From the IMG/VR virus record IMGVR_UViG_3300037418_002719: a DNA stretch of 64,000 bases; one strand, 5' to 3'. Both the position numbers and the translations under genes were made by a program. How positions within the stretch are numbered: the first letter of the stretch is position 1; each line of letters opens with the position of its first letter. The notes beneath the pieces are model-generated. The model was not told the origin of the DNA, searched no databases, and saw only the letters and a list, made by a program, of their open reading frames with translations. This DNA is from an uncultured virus (IMG/VR IMGVR_UViG_3300037418_002719). Lineage: Duplodnaviria; Heunggongvirae; Uroviricota; Caudoviricetes. Shown piece by piece: positions 1-9,549 of this stretch.

Positions 1-2
1 GA

Positions 3-167
3 CACTATACGCCCAACCACAACTATAGGATCTTCCGCACCGACGTCGAAGGTCAGGACGACGCTGCACTTGAGTACGCGACGGAGCTTCGTCAACAACT
101 GCTGGCGCGTAACGCGCGGCCGGCACCGGAAGCACGAGCGCTAGCAAAGACCATCAACCGCGGTTGA
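3..167 (+). CDS. 3' end of hypothetical protein (partial, cut by the window edge)
   Basis: Open frame 3 (HYTPNHNYRIFRTDVEG...KTINRG*) ending in TGA at 165-167. Confidence 0.5.
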   Translation, partial: HYTPNHNYRIFRTDVEGQDDAALEYATELRQQLLARNARPAPEARALAKTINRG

Positions 168-192
168 CAGCAACCGACGAATCTGGGACAAT
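164..192 (+). promoter_or_regulatory. Sigma-A-like promoter, leaderless start
   Basis: TTGACA (164-169), 17 nt, extended -10 TGG-GACAAT (187-192), 7 nt, ATG at 200. Confidence 0.75.
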
Positions 193-199
193 ACACCGA

Positions 200-574
200 A
201 TGACTACAACGAAGACTCCCGTCGATCTCTGGGTCGAAGCCCTAGAGAGCGACGAGTTCCAGCAAACCACCTGCGTCCTCACCGACAAGGACGACAAGGA
301 CTGCTGCCTAGGCGTCGCCTGTAAGGTTTACCAGCGCGAAGTGGGCGGCCTCACACTCTCCAGCGACGCATCCGGATCAGTACTGTACGACGGCAATGTA
401 GGCACACTCCCGGAGGTGGTTCGTGACTGGTTCGGCCTCGCTTCCGCAGAAGGCGAGTACGTCGATGACGGCGGCTACTCACAAGCCTTGACCGGCGACA
501 ACGACGACCGCGGCTATACGTTCAAGGAGATCGCTGCTATCATCCGCGACCGCCCGGAGGGGCTCTTTCGATGA
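200..574 (+). CDS. Hypothetical phage protein (W-x-x-AL...CCLGV...ND type)
   Basis: ATG at 200 directly after the promoter; CCLGVAC and 'NDD..YTFKEIA' motifs typical of small phage proteins. Confidence 0.75.
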   Translation: MTTTKTPVDLWVEALESDEFQQTTCVLTDKDDKDCCLGVACKVYQREVGGLTLSSDASGSVLYDGNVGTLPEVVRDWFGLASAEGEYVDDGGYSQALTGDNDDRGYTFKEIAAIIRDRPEGLFR

Positions 575-1176
575 GCGAAGCAGTACTTGATTTGACGGAG
601 TTCAACTTCGTTCCGTGGCCGAAGATCGCGCGCCTGAATCGCGAGACCATCATCACGGAGAAGATCGACGGCACGAACGCAGCGATCCAGATCCTCGACG
701 ACGGCCGCGTTGGCGCACAGTCGCGGAAGCGGCTCATCACGCCCGAGGCCGACAACTTCGGCTTCGCGCGCTGGGTGATGGAGCACGCGGACGAGCTTCG
801 TGACGGCCTCGGTCCAGGCGTGCATTTCGGTGAGTGGTGGGGCTCTGGTATCCAGCGCGGCTACGGACTCCAGAACGGTGAGAAGCGTTTCTCGCTCTTC
901 AATACCTCGCGATGGAACGACGACAACACACCGGACTGCGTCGGCGTGGTGCCGGTTCTGAGAACGCTCGATCGCCTCGACGCGGTCGCGATCGATGACG
1001 TAGTTCAGTTCCTGCGTGTCAACGGATCGGTCGCAGCGCCAGGCTTCATGAACCCCGAGGGCGTCGTGGCCTTTCACGTTCCCGGCCGCACGTTCTACAA
1101 GGTGCTGCTGGCAAACGACCACATCCCAAAGGGCGCTGACGCGCACGTCGACTACTCGACCGAGGCGCCGCAGTGA
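571..1176 (+). CDS. RNA ligase (Rnl2-like nucleotidyltransferase)
   Basis: Motif I TEKIDGTN, then QSR, FGEWWG.GIQ, PEGVV and terminal K motif. Confidence 0.85.
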   Translation: MSEAVLDLTEFNFVPWPKIARLNRETIITEKIDGTNAAIQILDDGRVGAQSRKRLITPEADNFGFARWVMEHADELRDGLGPGVHFGEWWGSGIQRGYGLQNGEKRFSLFNTSRWNDDNTPDCVGVVPVLRTLDRLDAVAIDDVVQFLRVNGSVAAPGFMNPEGVVAFHVPGRTFYKVLLANDHIPKGADAHVDYSTEAPQ

Positions 1177-1379
1177 CGAAGCGCCTCAGCGAGGAGCGTA
1201 GGGTTCGCCTGGACGGATCGTCGGTCTACAAGCTCGGAGACCTCGAAGACCTCATCCAACGCGCCTACGACAGCGGCGCTGGTCGTGACGCGAACGTCAA
1301 CGTGCAGTACTCGCCGCCCGGCGAGAACTCGGCATCGCGTGCGTCTCTGGTCGTATTTTGGCACGAGGTGACGGCGTGA
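1173..1379 (+). CDS. Hypothetical protein
   Basis: GTGA overlaps with both neighbours. Confidence 0.6.
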   Translation: MTKRLSEERRVRLDGSSVYKLGDLEDLIQRAYDSGAGRDANVNVQYSPPGENSASRASLVVFWHEVTA

Positions 1380-1618
1380 GCACGCGCTCACAACGCTCGC
1401 CGGCCTACGAGGCGCGCGTAGCTGAAATGTCAGTCGAGGAGGCGCGCGAGGAAGTTCTACGCCTCCACGACAAACTGTTGCGTTATCGGACGCGCGCCGA
1501 GCGCGCCGAGGACCGCTACCTACGACTCGCGCCGCACGTGCACGCGATGGCCTATGCGATCGGCATCACTGACGTTCCTCAGCGAGACGATGTCATCCAG
1601 ATCTACCCAGGACACTAA
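1376..1618 (+). CDS. Hypothetical coiled-coil protein
   Basis: GTG start overlapping the upstream stop. Confidence 0.6.
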   Translation: MSTRSQRSPAYEARVAEMSVEEAREEVLRLHDKLLRYRTRAERAEDRYLRLAPHVHAMAYAIGITDVPQRDDVIQIYPGH

Positions 1619-1628
1619 GGAGGAAGAT

Positions 1629-2027
1629 TTGAGCGACACCGTGACCCTCTTCTGCGAAGAGGGACAACACGACTGGGAACGCGAACGCAAGCGCGGAAAG
1701 GCACCCAAGAACTGCCCCAACCACCAACCGAGCCGCGCCAAGCTGTCTCCCGAAGAGGCGCAGCGACGCCGCCAAGAGGGCCGCGCGCGCGCCAAGGCCG
1801 AGCGCGACGTCGCCGGCATCGCACGAGTACTTGAGTTCTCCGAGTACCTGAAGCGAGACGCAGAACTCTTCGCAGCCTTTGAGGCCGGCTTCATCAAGCG
1901 CCACGAGTACGTTCGGCGGCGCGGCCCGATGCCGCCTACGCCGAGCGGCCCCGACTACTCGGCCGCCCGCGAGGCAGGTGTCTATCGAGGCGCGTCGGCG
2001 GAGGACAATGAACTCATCGCGGCGTAG
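1629..2027 (+). CDS. Hypothetical protein with N-terminal Zn-ribbon-like motif
   Basis: SD AAGGAGG before TTG 1629; C-x4-H...RGK.PKNCPNH. Confidence 0.65.
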   Translation: MSDTVTLFCEEGQHDWERERKRGKAPKNCPNHQPSRAKLSPEEAQRRRQEGRARAKAERDVAGIARVLEFSEYLKRDAELFAAFEAGFIKRHEYVRRRGPMPPTPSGPDYSAAREAGVYRGASAEDNELIAA

Positions 2028-2220
2028 TCTCAAGATCAGGCAGGCCACGACGAGATTCGACATCCTGCCGACCTTGTACGGGTTCGAGGTCATCGATCGC
2101 GACGGCCGTACGGTCGCCGAAACCGACACTCGCGCCGAGGCCGAGACCCTGTGCCATGACCTCGACGACGCGGCCTTCGTCGGCCGGTCAGCGTTGGCCG
2201 ACACGATCGCCCGCCTGTAG

Positions 2221-2560
2221 GTCCATACCCCCTAGGGGTACCAGAAGTAACTGAGCCAAATCTGAGCGATTCAAGTGGGTCACATCTCTAGAACCCAAGC
2301 CGCAGAGCCGAAAATTCAGGGGTGGGGGTATCGAAATCTCGGCGGCGGTCGTTCAAGTGGGTCGAATGTGGGTAAAAAATTTGGCTCTAGAATGCGGCGA
2401 TTGACCACTTGACTCCTGGGGACCCTATAGAGGGTCCCAGGAGGTGGTGAGAGCCGGTCAGGCGAGGCCTGTAATTCGATCTCCACCGAAACCCATACAG
2501 ACACCCTCCCGAGGCTAGGAATCAATTTCAGGGCGGCGCAAACGCCCGCAGCGACGACGC
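2221..2560. repeat. Non-coding region with direct and inverted repeats and a long hairpin
   Basis: TTCAAGTGGGTC at 2270-2281 and 2352-2363; CTCTAGAA at 2286 and 2385; hairpin 2404-2448; near-palindrome 2226-2240. Confidence 0.75.
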
Positions 2561-2570
2561 AAAGGACTAT

Positions 2571-2870
2571 ATGAGCACACCTAGATACAAGATCCCCCGC
2601 GACCGGCTCGTCAGGATGATCGATGAAGCCGCGCGCGCCGCGGGCGTCGGTCCCGCCGAGCACTCGAAGCTGTCCGTCGTCGCCGCCACAACCGCGGCGG
2701 TCATGGTGGGCAATTTCGTCGACATCTGCGATTGCCCGTGGCGGCAGGCCATGGGAACCGCGAAGGGCGGCGGGGGGTTCGCCAAGAACTTCGACCGCCT
2801 CGCCGACGTCTACGTAGTTGCCGCCAAGACGCGCTGCGCTTCTGCGTTCTACGTCCTGGAGACCGAATAG
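2571..2870 (+). CDS. Hypothetical protein
   Basis: SD AAAGGA then ATG. Confidence 0.65.
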   Translation: MSTPRYKIPRDRLVRMIDEAARAAGVGPAEHSKLSVVAATTAAVMVGNFVDICDCPWRQAMGTAKGGGGFAKNFDRLADVYVVAAKTRCASAFYVLETE

Positions 2871-3602
2871 TTGCCTAAGATCCTCGCCACCGCCGACCTG
2901 CATGGGACGCTACCCGAGATCCCGGACTGCGACGTACTGATCATCGCGGGCGACGTCTGCCCCGACCATCCGATCGGCAAGAAGGAGCGTTACAGCCTGC
3001 CCGACAACGGTTCGGACTTTCAGCTTGATTGGCTGGACCAGTCGTTCCGGCCGTGGCTGAGCGATCTCGGTGAGCGCGGCATTCGCGTCATCGGCATCGC
3101 CGGCAATCACGACTTCGTCTTCGAGCGCCTGGCTGAGGCGGTCGACAATCTGTTCTTGCCGTGGACGTACCTCCGCGACGAAGGCACTTTGATCGGCGAC
3201 ATCTCCGTGTGGGGAACGCCATGGGTGCCGGGTCTCCCAAGGTGGGCCTTCCATGGTACGGAGCGCGCGCTTGAGCTTCGCCTCGACGTCATTCCGTCCG
3301 ACGTGGACATCTTGATCGCTCACGGCCCGCCCTACGGGATCTTGGACTTCGTCGCGCCGCAGTTCGGATCGCTCCATGTCGGTGATCGAGCCTTGCGCGA
3401 GCGGCTCGTCTCTGGTAGGCTGCGTCCACGCGTCGTGGTCTGCGGGCACATCCACGAGCAATACGGGATCGATTACGTGCGACACGCCAACGGCGATACC
3501 ACCACGGTCCTCAACGTATCCCACAACACGGAGAACTACGAGCCCGTCAACCCTGTGGTTGAGATCTACGAGTTCTCTCACCTAGAGGAGGAAGCAGCTT
3601 GA
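2871..3602 (+). CDS. Calcineurin-like metallophosphoesterase
   Basis: Motifs DLH, AGD, GNHD, HGPP, GHIH. Confidence 0.92.
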   Translation: MPKILATADLHGTLPEIPDCDVLIIAGDVCPDHPIGKKERYSLPDNGSDFQLDWLDQSFRPWLSDLGERGIRVIGIAGNHDFVFERLAEAVDNLFLPWTYLRDEGTLIGDISVWGTPWVPGLPRWAFHGTERALELRLDVIPSDVDILIAHGPPYGILDFVAPQFGSLHVGDRALRERLVSGRLRPRVVVCGHIHEQYGIDYVRHANGDTTTVLNVSHNTENYEPVNPVVEIYEFSHLEEEAA

Positions 3603-4045
3603 GCACAATCACATGGACGAGCCGGTGCGGCATCGAGAACAGCGCCAAGGTAGTCGCGGCCCCGAACGGCGAAGCAGTGTTCGACGTCCTCGGCAGTGGG
3701 CGCGCCTACACGAACATCACCCCAGAGGCGGCCGCCGAGATCATCGCCGCATTCAGAGAGGTCTTCCCTGGCGTTGATGACGACAACTACTACGTTACCG
3801 TTCACTGGACCGACAACCCCAAGATCGGGGTGCACGCCGGCCGACAGGAAGACATGAGCGTCGGCCCCGAGCATGCCTCCCACGAGGAAGCTGCACTAGC
3901 CCGTGCACGCGAGTTGCTCTCGTTCCGTGACGGCCATTTCACCCACTTCGATGTCAGGCACCGCGGCGTTGTCAAGAAGTTCAAGAACACGTCCCACCTC
4001 CCGCCCGTAGAGTTCGTGTACTCGTTCGAAGAGGTCTCCGCATGA
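3599..4045 (+). CDS. Hypothetical protein
   Basis: SD GAGGAGG, TTG start overlapping the upstream stop. Confidence 0.65.
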   Translation: MSTITWTSRCGIENSAKVVAAPNGEAVFDVLGSGRAYTNITPEAAAEIIAAFREVFPGVDDDNYYVTVHWTDNPKIGVHAGRQEDMSVGPEHASHEEAALARARELLSFRDGHFTHFDVRHRGVVKKFKNTSHLPPVEFVYSFEEVSA

Positions 4046-4494
4046 GCGGCTACGACGACTGGGGGCGTAGCCCCCGCCGCGACACCGCCCACGGCCTCGG
4101 CTATCTCCTGGCCTGGGCCGTCGGGATCGCGCTCATCGTGGGCGTCGTCTCGGCCGGCGTCTGGTATTTTGGCGTCGCGACATCAGATGTGAAGGGACGC
4201 GGCGACGCCACCAAGGTCCACAACTCGGCCACCAACCGGATCTTCGCGCAGCAGCACTTCGAGGATCTCTACGCCGGTATCACCGATCGCGACGTGCCGA
4301 ACCTGAAGTCGGCCCGCGCGGCGCTGAAGCGCGATCCGCACGACCAGGCCCTCCAGACCAACATGACGGGCGTCCAGCAGATCTGCAACCAGGACGTCGC
4401 CGACTACAACGCCAGCGCGCGAAAGTTCCTTGAGCGCGACTTCAAGGCGGCCGATCTGCCGCCCCGCATCGATCCCGTCGCTACCTGCGAGTAG
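4042..4494 (+). CDS. Membrane-anchored hypothetical protein
   Basis: N-terminal hydrophobic helix (YLLAWAVGIALIVGVVSAGVWYF), helical C-terminal domain. Confidence 0.75.
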   Translation: MSGYDDWGRSPRRDTAHGLGYLLAWAVGIALIVGVVSAGVWYFGVATSDVKGRGDATKVHNSATNRIFAQQHFEDLYAGITDRDVPNLKSARAALKRDPHDQALQTNMTGVQQICNQDVADYNASARKFLERDFKAADLPPRIDPVATCE

Positions 4495-4508
4495 CGAGAA
4501 AGGACATC

Positions 4509-5075
4509 ATGTACAGAATCAAGAACATCCTGAAGTACGCGTCGGTCGCCGCTGTAGCGGTGCTCGTCGGATGCGGGTTCGCCGCCATCGCCGAGAAGCC
4601 CGACTATCAGCAGCAGATGGAGGACCAGTCCGGCCGCCTCGCCGAGGCCATGACGAAGGCGGTCCCGTACCCGGAGACCGCGATGCGCGACTCCCTGGAG
4701 CGTCGGCAGTTGAGTGACCGCCTCCAGCGCTTCAATAAGCCCAACAAGATCGGCTACCTCTACGTGTTCGAGATGGGCTCGCGCGAGCCGGTCGGGTACT
4801 ACGTCGTGCGTGGCAAGATCTCATCGGTGCAGTCGCAGATGACGAATCCTGTGCAGACCTGGAACCACAAGTGCTCGTCCTCGCAGGGCGCGTGTGCCTA
4901 CCTGGGTTCCGCGGAGTCGATCGGCGATGACGGCTCCTTCGGACCCAACGAGGGCGGTGACCGAGGCATCTTCTTCTTCGATTCCAAGGGAGCGCTCCAT
5001 GAGACCGTGCAGGATTGGCACTACTCGGACGCCCCGATCGAGGTCTGGAAGGACGCCCCCAACCTGGGGTCGTGA
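4509..5075 (+). CDS. Exported or lipoprotein-like hypothetical protein
   Basis: SD AAGGA; signal-like N-terminus (VAAVAVLVGC); DGSFGPN and IFFF motifs. Confidence 0.75.
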   Translation: MYRIKNILKYASVAAVAVLVGCGFAAIAEKPDYQQQMEDQSGRLAEAMTKAVPYPETAMRDSLERRQLSDRLQRFNKPNKIGYLYVFEMGSREPVGYYVVRGKISSVQSQMTNPVQTWNHKCSSSQGACAYLGSAESIGDDGSFGPNEGGDRGIFFFDSKGALHETVQDWHYSDAPIEVWKDAPNLGS

Positions 5076-5323
5076 TGACCAACTACAGCGTCCTCATTCT
5101 GAACTACCCGCACGACAAGGGCTCATGGACACGGGTAGCGCGGATGGCGTGCTCGCCGTTGCAGGCGGCGCGTGATCGTTGCGAACTACTGCGTGATGAC
5201 GCTCAGGGGTTGCTGCGCGCAGACACTTTCCCTGTTCTGGTGACCTGGGACGAGGGAGACGAGCCCCGCGCGGAGTTGTTCGAACTCAAGCGCATCACGA
5301 CGCCGCGCTGGGAAGTCGACTGA
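5075..5323 (+). CDS. Hypothetical protein
   Basis: TGATG overlap with the upstream stop. Confidence 0.6.
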   Translation: MTNYSVLILNYPHDKGSWTRVARMACSPLQAARDRCELLRDDAQGLLRADTFPVLVTWDEGDEPRAELFELKRITTPRWEVD

Positions 5324-5344
5324 ACGCGCAGCACAACGAACCCT

Positions 5345-5380
5345 CCGCCGCCATGACTTCGGGCGGCGGGGCGGCTTCTT
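5345..5380 (+). terminator. GC-rich hairpin, possible terminator
   Basis: CCGCCGCC/GGCGGCGG stem; weak U tail (CTTCTT). Confidence 0.4.
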
Positions 5381-5392
5381 GGAGCGGACTAG

Positions 5393-6006
5393 ATGACGGA
5401 ACCCACGAATACGGACGCGGAAACACAGGATGGCTCCCAGCATGAAACAGTCGTGTACTACGCGGTCGAGGCCTACGAGATCTTCGCTGCTTCGGGACGA
5501 ACAGGGCTCGCCTTGTGGCTGGCGGCAGCGCCGGACTCCCAAGATCGTCGCCTCCGCAAGCACGCAGCATTCGCTTACATGTATGGATGTAGTGCCGGCG
5601 AGCGGCGGCAGTTGTTTGCGAAGCGCTTTGAGCAGTGATGTCGACTACGGAATCTGTGACGCGCAGCGAGAGGTCGTACCCACCCAGGGCTTGCCGCTAC
5701 ACTTAGACACGCTGAGTGAATGCTTTCACTCATCTGTGATCTGGTACGACAAGCATGGCGTCCAACTCCACGGAGAGCATCATGTCTAAAGTGACCAGGC
5801 TCGACGACTATCAGATTGAGATTGACGTGCACGACGACGGGTCGTGGCCGTTCGTGAATCTGTCTCGTCATCCCGACGGCTCGCTAGAAATCCACGTCGA
5901 CAGCGGCGATGGTCTTGGGGCACCCGACGCCTGCACCGAAGCTGAAGTCGTCATTGACGCCAAGGCCGCACGCGCGCTGCGACGCTTTCTGAAGCGGACC
6001 GAATGA
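5393..6006 (+). CDS. Run of small hypothetical genes (5393-5638, 5638-5789, 5782-6006)
   Basis: Consecutive overlapping + strand ORFs. Confidence 0.55.
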
Positions 6007-6132
6007 TCTGCGCGCGCTGTAAGATCACATGGCGCGCCCTTTGGTCGTGGTGCCCAGGCCGATGCCCTTCGCCGCGCCCAGAGGCGGAGGCCGCGGTGTT
6101 CATGAACGGACTCTGGCGCTGCGGTGAGTTGC

Positions 6133-6161
6133 TTGACAACAGTAAAAGCGCTGTGTAGCTT
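6133..6161 (+). promoter_or_regulatory. Sigma-A-like promoter, leaderless start
   Basis: TTGACA 6133-6138, 17 nt, TAGCTT 6156-6161, 6 nt, ATG 6168. Confidence 0.75.
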
Positions 6162-6167
6162 ACCGCT

Positions 6168-6846
6168 ATGAGGTACTGCCGAAAGTGTGGCCTTCAGCTA
6201 CGTCCCAGCGATGTCTTCACGCTCGACCCTGATGATCAACGTCTAGGCTTGTGTGTGAGTACCTCGCGCTGCGCCCGCCGTGCACGCCAAGGCAAGTACC
6301 GAGAGAACCTGGATCGCTTGTTTCCGCCGTCGATTGATGAGAAGCTGCGTGTGATCGAGCAGCGCCTGATCGCTGATTGCGAGCCGGTCCTTGACCACGC
6401 GTTCCAAGATCAGGAACACCTCGATCGCATTTATCGTCTCGCCCGTGACGGACGCCGCTTGGTGCGTTCGTGCTGGTGAGGGTCGTCCCACAAGGAGGCA
6501 TTTTGTATTCACCGTCAGGTGGTTCGATCGTCGACATGAACTCCATCATGTCGATCAAGGACCAACACACGATCTCGAACGCCGCCATCGAGGCCTACGC
6601 GGGCAACCATGTCGCCGCCGAGCGCCACCGCTGCTTCGCCGGCTACGACATCGGCGTCCTGGACAACGAACGTCTGGAGGGTCGCTGATGTTGGCGGCCA
6701 TTGTTGAACACGCCGCGCTGGGTTCGATCTTCGCATCAACAGGTGCCTGCCTTCGCGGCCAGTGTGATCACCTCCATCACAAGCTCATGCTGGGCGCGGC
6801 CGCAATCCTCGCTGAGGCCATCGTCATGGTCTCCTTGATCGGCTGA
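6168..6846 (+). CDS. Three small hypothetical genes (6168-6479 with CxxC, 6470-6688, 6688-6846 hydrophobic)
   Basis: Overlapping + strand ORFs following the promoter. Confidence 0.55.
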
Positions 6847-6851
6847 TCGCA

Positions 6852-7079
6852 GTGGATGAGTTCGCCTTCAACCCGAAGGACTATCAGCGGGTCTTCTTGC
6901 CTGCTCTGTTGTCGGAGGCGTTCTCGATCTCACGCAACGAGGCACGCAGGATCGTCGAGCAGCGTGGCCTGCGCATCGACGGTACGACGTTTGCGGGGTT
7001 GGACTGCGCGGTCATCGACATCGACGGCCGCGTGGGCCAGATCGGTAAGAAGCGTTTCGTTCGGCCGGTATACCAGTGA
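6852..7079 (+). CDS. Stand-alone S4-like RNA-binding domain resembling the C-terminal domain of tyrosyl-tRNA synthetase
   Basis: LPALLSEAFSISRNEARRIVEQRGLRIDG...QIGKKRFVR matches the TyrRS C-terminal S(R/K)SEARRLI.QGGV.IDG...VGKK.F pattern. Confidence 0.8.
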   Translation: MDEFAFNPKDYQRVFLPALLSEAFSISRNEARRIVEQRGLRIDGTTFAGLDCAVIDIDGRVGQIGKKRFVRPVYQ

Positions 7080-7330
7080 AGGCTGCCCTCAGCGGCTTTT
7101 TGACCGTCGTGTCCTTGATCGTGGCCATCATGGTGGTGGGTTATCTTGGCTCGCGCCCGTCGCCGGCCTTGACGCCTATGCCGCCACCACTGACCAAGAC
7201 CGCAGCGCTGAAGGCGCTGCGCCGGGCGTGCTACCACGAGGGCGGTATCAAGTCCGTCTCATCCTACCCCGGGGAGAGCACGGCAGAGTGCCGGTCAGGG
7301 CTCGTGATCAAGTTGGGCGTGTCGAAGTGA
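7076..7330 (+). CDS. Membrane-anchored hypothetical protein
   Basis: N-terminal TM helix, small C-terminal domain with two Cys. Confidence 0.65.
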   Translation: MKAALSGFLTVVSLIVAIMVVGYLGSRPSPALTPMPPPLTKTAALKALRRACYHEGGIKSVSSYPGESTAECRSGLVIKLGVSK

Positions 7331-7361
7331 CGCCTGAGCCCGACGCGCCGTTCTCGGAGGT

Positions 7362-8871
7362 TTGGATGCGGCGTTGAGTACACAGGTGAGCTTGGCGACG
7401 CAGCCTACTGGAATGTCGACCCGGATCGCACGTATCAGGCGCGGACGTTGGGTCAGAATACCTGACCAGTGGCGCGGCAACACGACGCATCCACAGACGA
7501 TCCGCAAGCGCCAATCTAAGGGTCTCCGTAAACACCGCCGTGGGCGGCCTTACGAACAAAGGTGGCTTCGGACGGCTCCGCAGGAACGCTGGGGGACTAA
7601 GATCGAGGACTTTGTCGTTGACATGGCCGACTTGATCGACTAACTTAGTCGCTATGGCCGACTACTTCAGGACACGCGAGGAGGCCCGCCGAGCCGCCGC
7701 CGAACTGAACGCCCGACCTGAGGCAGATCTTGTTGTTCGGTTCGCGCCCACCGAGGCCGAGCCAGAACATCGTCAGCGCGGCGAGCGGTGGCGTCTGATC
7801 GAACTTCAGCCAACGCGTCAACTTCCGCCAGGCCTGCGGCCGTCGTGAGGACCATCAGGTTAGGGCCGCTCGTCCTAAGGGCGGCCGCCGAGCCACGTAA
7901 CTGGCAGTGCTTCAACTGCGGGCGGCGATGGACGTTTTCCGAACTCACAGAGCGCGGCCTCAGCCCTTGCTGCACCTACATCGCCAAGAGGAACCCATGA
8001 AGGCCAACGAGATCGACAACTACATCAACTCATCGACATCGGTCTCGGTGTGGATCAAGCCGGTCGCGTGGAGCACGACGAAGCGCGAGATCAAGGCCAT
8101 CCCCTTGGCGCGTGACGGACGGCGCGTCCATGTACGGCTCGTGGGACAGGAGATCCCCAACGATCTCTACAGAGGCAAGACCGCAACGCTCAAGGAGCGC
8201 GAGGAGTGGGTGTCCACGAACGCCGTCTGGTCTGATTGGGCGTCAGTGGAGGAGAACCGCGCCCGCAAGGCCGCTGAGCAGGAAGAACAGCAGCAGCGCT
8301 GGCTCGCCGAATACGCGGCCGAGAAAGCCGCTAAGCGTGCCGCTGTTGAGAAGTGGTCACAGCCGCTGCGCGGGATCGAGATCGCCAAAGACGTCGACAC
8401 CTCGAACTGGCCGACCAGCCGCTGGGACGACTTCACCTGCGATCTTGCCGAGGTTCTCATCGACTGCTTCGAGGCTTCCAAGACCATCACTGTCCGCGAG
8501 CCCTTGATGGTGAAGATCGCCAACGCGGTCGGCGCGCTTCGTGATGAGATCGAGGAACTCAACGATCGAGCGCTTGACCTCCAGCAGGCCGCCAATCGCG
8601 CCGCCGCCGATGCGCAGTTCTGGGCCGACGAGGCGCACGGAGAATGAGACTCGACCACGTCGCGCAGGCCTTGGAGCGTGCGTTCTCGATCTATGACGAG
8701 TACATCGAGCGCGGCTCGTCGCGCTCCAGCGCAGCAACCCTAACGGCGTCGGCGATCCGTGTCGAGCGACACAAGCTCGTAGCCCTGCTCAACGATCGCG
8801 ACGCCGGCATCATTGGCGGCTCAGGTAGTCAGATCACACGGTGCGTTGTTGACGCCCGCGCGGCTGCTTGA
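7362..8871 (+). CDS. Run of hypothetical genes (7362-7643 basic, 7654-7848, 7845-8000, 7997-8647, 8644-8871)
   Basis: Consecutive or overlapping + strand ORFs. Confidence 0.55.
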
Positions 8872-8877
8872 TACGCT
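8849..8877 (+). promoter_or_regulatory. Sigma-A-like promoter, leaderless start
   Basis: TTGACG 8849-8854, 17 nt, TGA-TACGCT 8872-8877, 6 nt, GTG 8884. Confidence 0.65.
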
Positions 8878-8883
8878 CAACGT

Positions 8884-9066
8884 GTGAAGCGACCGCCGCG
8901 CCGCAATCGTGAGCTTGATGACTATCGGAGTCCCTCCGAGGTCACGCTGCGCGCGCTTCAACATCCAGGGGCTGGCCGTCATCGTCGTTCTCGTGAGGAT
9001 GAGAACCGACGCCGTGGTCGCCTCAGCGGCGCAGAGCGACGCCGCATCATGTCCGACCTAGACTGA
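8884..9066 (+). CDS. Small Arg-rich hypothetical protein
   Basis: 60 aa, very basic, GAGRH motif, has its own promoter. Confidence 0.6.
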   Translation: MKRPPRRNRELDDYRSPSEVTLRALQHPGAGRHRRSREDENRRRGRLSGAERRRIMSDLD

Positions 9067-9079
9067 AAGGAACCCCAAC

Positions 9080-9319
9080 ATGCCCAACGTGATCGTGATC
9101 ACGGCCGGCCTCGAAGACGTGCGCATCGAGAAGATGCCTGAATCCACGCTCCTGTCTCGGCTTGAGGACAATTACTACGGACAGAACCCTATTTTCCTCA
9201 ACGAGACCAACGCCGCCACAGATCCCAACTACTGGTCCGAGGGATCGATCCTCGTCATCAAGGGCGAGATCACGCCGCCGCGGGCGATCCAGCACGTGAC
9301 GAAGTACTCACTGGCGTGA
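9080..9319 (+). CDS. Hypothetical protein
   Basis: SD GAAAGGA then ATG. Confidence 0.7.
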   Translation: MPNVIVITAGLEDVRIEKMPESTLLSRLEDNYYGQNPIFLNETNAATDPNYWSEGSILVIKGEITPPRAIQHVTKYSLA

Positions 9320-9549
9320 GCGACGCACCGAAGGGCCTGCGGTTTGAGGTGTTCGGCGAGTACTACGACGTGCCGCCAAAGAACGCTCGAAACATCGGCT
9401 TCGGGTTCCGCTGGCGTCTCGTCGGTGCTGACGGCGAGGTCGCTGTTTCGCCCGAGCACTTCACGAGCGTCGAGGAGGCGCGTTCTCATATCGCGGCCAA
9501 CCGAGGCCGCTTGAAGGCCGCGTCTCGCTCGAAGGTCTACGATGTCTGA
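9316..9549 (+). CDS. YegP/DUF1508-like protein
   Basis: FRWRLVGADGEVAVSPEHFTSVEEARSHI resembles the DUF1508 pattern. Confidence 0.6.
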   Translation: MSDAPKGLRFEVFGEYYDVPPKNARNIGFGFRWRLVGADGEVAVSPEHFTSVEEARSHIAANRGRLKAASRSKVYDV

